From: Octopus bimaculoides
Taxonomy: Eukaryota
DNA: 64,000 bases
Assembly: GCF_001194135.2 (NCBI RefSeq)
Contig: NC_068982.1
Coordinates: 137,199,103-137,263,102, forward strand
Direction of reading: 5' to 3'
Each line of letters opens with the position of its first letter. The stretch's first letter is position 1. Under the pieces are notes generated by a model. It worked only from the letters and a program-made list of their open reading frames with translations. It searched no databases and was not told where the DNA came from. Made by a program: the position numbers and the translations under genes. Shown piece by piece: positions 60,912 to 64,000 of this stretch.

Positions 60912-61360
60912 TATTATTATTATTATTATTATTCACTAGTCTTATTTATTTTTATTGCATACTTCATTAACCCTACATGCCTTTGGTATGTGCAGCATTT
61001 TGTGTTGGTTTTATTATTTGTATTGTATTGAAAGAGCTCTATGCAATAGGTGGGCGTATTTACGTTCTGGGGTTTTGGTTACATAATCATCAGCTTGCTT
61101 CTGTTTTCAGGCTTCATGTGTAGGTTACTGCTATTTCTATATCTATATGTTCAAAAAATTTTTACTGGTTGGGACTGATATGTTGATTAAGAGTCCTATC
61201 ATTCTCTGTTGGTCCTTGATAACAATATCTAGCCAGTTAACCATGACCTCCTTGTCTGTGTATCTTGGCATAACCCTGAGTATAAGGAGCAGTAATATAT
61301 CCAGGTCATTTAAATTTACACTACCCCACCTCTACAGGTATTTATTATTGTGTCAATGAT
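60912..61360 (-). mobile_element. R4/Dong-like 3' fragment, older copy
   Basis: MPRYTDKEVMVNWLDIVIKDQQRMIGLLINISVPTSKN (homologous to the younger copy), HLLHRALSIQ, 3' end aataagactagtg(AAT)n. Confidence 0.8.
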
Positions 61361-61675
61361 ACAAATCTTACTGTCATTAGGCTGATGGAATGTGATGCGA
61401 GGCAGAATCAGAAGAGCATCAGACCAAATTTCTAATGCATTTTAGTTATATTTCTTTATAATGTGAATGCAAATTCTTCTGATGCTGTCTTTCACTTTCA
61501 TCTTTTTAACGGTTAATTATAATTATAGCTACTTATACCGTCTCAAATTTTCTCTTCTGTATCATTGTTAAATATCTATGAAGGCTGTGAAGCTGCAGGA
61601 ATCATGAGACACGTCTATATACCTTATGATATTTGGTAAGGCCCTTCTAAATTCTGGGTTCGAATTCCTGCATTA

Positions 61676-61857
61676 TTACTCTTTTACTCTTTTACTTGTT
61701 TCAGTCATTTGACTGCAGCCATGCTGGAGCACCACCTTTAGTCGAGCAAATTGACCCCGGGACTTATTCTTTGTAATCCTAGTACTTATTCTATCAGTAT
61801 CTGTGACGGGGACATAAACACACCAGCATCGGTTGTCAAGCAATGCTAGGGGGACAA

Positions 61858-61888
<31 letters not shown>

Positions 61889-62058
61889 CATATGTACGAC
61901 AGGCTTCTTTCAGTTTCCGTCTACCAAATCCACTCACAAGGCTTTGGTCGGTCTGAGGCTATGGTAGAAGACACTTGCCCAAGATGCCACACAGTGGGAC
62001 TGAACCTGGAACCATGTGGTTGGTAAGCAAGCTACTTACCACACAGCCACTCCTGCGC
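61676..62058 (-). mobile_element. SINE family A, near full length
   Basis: Complete tail-microsatellite-head organisation. Confidence 0.9.
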
Positions 62059-62728
62059 CTATTGGTAAAATAAATATCACTCATCTTCTGTGATAAATTC
62101 ATGTAGTTATATTGGGCTGCAAGTCAGTGTGAGAATCTTTTTTTCATCTACTGTAGAAATTTCTAGATGAATACTGAAGCACATGCACTCCATTCCGTGT
62201 TAGGATGGAGAAGGATGGGAAAAAATGGAATTGAATCTTGAAGGTGGTGAGCAGTGCAAAGCTGACTCAAGATAAACAGAAAGAGAAATAACTGTGAAAG
62301 ACTGTTGAAAGAGTTGAGAGAAGTTGCAGGTTTTCACTGCACACGTGTGAAGTGGAATAGGCAAGTGCAGTGGTTGCTGGAGGTTGCCAAAATTAGCTGA
62401 TTGACATGTTTTATGGTAACTATAAAAATAATAAGAAAAAAATATTATTAGCATATGAAATAAATAACAAGCAAAAGAGAAAATATCCCTTATCTTTATG
62501 TTGTCACTAGAAATTGGAATGCTGTCATTGAAGCATCATAAAAAAAAAGAAAATGATTAAAAAAATAAACCCTATGCTGTATGGCAAAAAAAGAGTTGTG
62601 TTGTAAAGTTAGGTTGTATGTAATAAACATTGGGTTTTCAGAAAAGCTGCTACATAAATATATATGTTAGCTAGAAAAGAAAATATTACATTTCATCTTT
62701 GTCTTTATAGCATGTTGTTTATTTTATA

Positions 62729-62730
<2 letters not shown>

Positions 62731-62769
<39 letters not shown>

Positions 62770-62915
62770 TTAGCATCTGTTGTCCATGCTGACATGGGTT
62801 GGAGGGTTTGACCAGGGATGGTGAACTGGAAGGTTGCACCAGACCCCATTCTGTTTTGGCATGGTTTCTACAGCTGGATGCCCTTCCTAATGCCAACTAC
62901 TCTGAGAGTGGAATG
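62731..62915 (-). mobile_element. RTE 3' UTR copy with long (CAT)n
   Basis: (CAT)12 or more, then tttagcatctgttgtccatgc...cagctggatgcccttcctaatgcc. Confidence 0.85.
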
Positions 62916-62984
62916 GGTTGCTTAGTAATATTAATTGCTTTCTGTAACATAGGAGCAACAATATATCATCATAATCATTATTAT

Positions 62985-63300
62985 CATCATCATCATTGTT
63001 GTTTTAATGGTACCTTTTCATGATTGCTTGGGCAAGCAGAATTTATTGAGAAAGAATGTCTAAAACTGGATGCTCTTCCAGTTGCCAACCCTTACATGTT
63101 TCTAAGTAAAGTAATATTTCCCCTTGGCCAATCATGTTTCCATGGAAAGTTTGAAATAGAAGGCAGCTTTTATGACTGTGACACCCTTCTACAGCTATTG
63201 CATGATGTCATGACAAAGACACACATGTACGCACACACTGAGAGATTGAGCATCTTTCACTTTCTGTCTACCAGATTTACTCACAAGGCTTTTTGCTATT
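62985..63300 (-). mobile_element. Chimeric SINE (A head, microsatellite, F body and tail)
   Basis: + strand order: F tail, gtaatatttccccttggcc, (CA)n, catctttcactttctgtctaccagatttactcacaaggc. Confidence 0.68.
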
Positions 63301-63444
63301 AAATTCATCTTCAGAAATAACAACTTCAGATTTCTGCTTTAAATAAATAAAGGGTCCTACTTCAAATCCAGGAATATAACCTCTAATATTGATTGAACAA
63401 CGGAAAAAGAAAAAAAGAAAATCAAAGAAAAAGTTCAAAATGCA

Positions 63445-63811
63445 ATTCTTTTACTTGTTTCAGTCATTTGACTGCGGCCATGCTGAAGCACCGCCTTTAG
63501 TCGAGCAAATTGACCCCAGAACTTATTCTTTGTAAGACTAGTACTTATTCTATCAGTCTCTTTTGCTGAACCGTAACGATGTAAACACACCAGCATTACT
63601 TGTCAAGCAATGTTGGGGGGGGGTACGCACACACGCACACATATACGATGGGCTTCTTTCAGTTTCTGTCTACTAAATCCACTCACAAACAAGGCTTTGG
63701 TCGGCCCGAGGCTGTAGTAGAAGACACTTGCCCAAGGTGCCACGCAGTGGGACTGAACCCGGAACCTTGTGGTTGGTAAGCAAGCTACTTACAGCACAGC
63801 TACTCCTGCAC
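63445..63811 (-). mobile_element. SINE family A, near full length
   Basis: Complete tail-microsatellite-head organisation. Confidence 0.9.
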
Positions 63812-64000
63812 CTATTATGAATATTTTAAATAAAAATATTCTCTCTTAAAAGTCTAAAAGATTGCATCATTACTTGTTTTTGTTTCATCAATCTTCAAAA
63901 AGTGTAAAGCAAAGCAGACCCTAATGGGCTTTGAACTCACGGCCATAAGACACTGAACTAGATAGGCAGTAAAGCATCCACTTAGGTATCTATTTATTTA

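Noticed and set aside
62200-62454. Purine-rich stretch as another RTE relic
   Set aside because: No motif clear enough to support the call.

Overview
AT-rich eukaryotic genomic DNA with ten N-gaps, most flanked by microsatellites. It is most probably an octopus or other coleoid cephalopod (inference from the repeat families and the mollusc-like protein). The window lies inside one large gene on the + strand, endophilin-B (SH3GLB1-like, N-BAR domain). Only two coding exons are present: 42564-42705 (YTEEKLGQAEKTELDAHFENLL...LLQPNP) and 56458-56586 (N-IRMEDFLYEK...DYGPGTAY-G). I could not find exon 1 or exon 4. The rest is intron, packed with transposon relics: decayed CR1-like, RTE, RTE-BovB-like and R4/Dong-like LINEs, a Helitron helicase fragment, a Helentron-type non-autonomous element, an internally deleted mariner, piggyBac-type TTAA MITEs, several tRNA-derived SINE families, and about 20 or more copies of an RTE 3' UTR carrying minisatellites and a (GAT)n tail. 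Nearly all ORFs in the supplied track come from gaps, microsatellites or TE relics. I found no CRISPR array, prokaryotic system or novel protein-coding system. The best observations are structural: (1) an RTE-tail insertion with the twin-priming 5'-inversion layout and a 9-bp TSD; (2) a strong AG|GT splice site 79 nt after exon 3, either a recursive site or a truncating alternative last exon; (3) a head-to-tail R4/Dong pair in which the younger copy sits in the (TAA)n tail of the older; (4) a non-autonomous RTE derivative with a 42-bp array built from the end of the RTE ORF; (5) repeated nested insertions into one SINE's internal microsatellite. Family labels A, C, D and F are my own working names. 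Repeat boundaries are approximate unless TSDs or TIRs are quoted.
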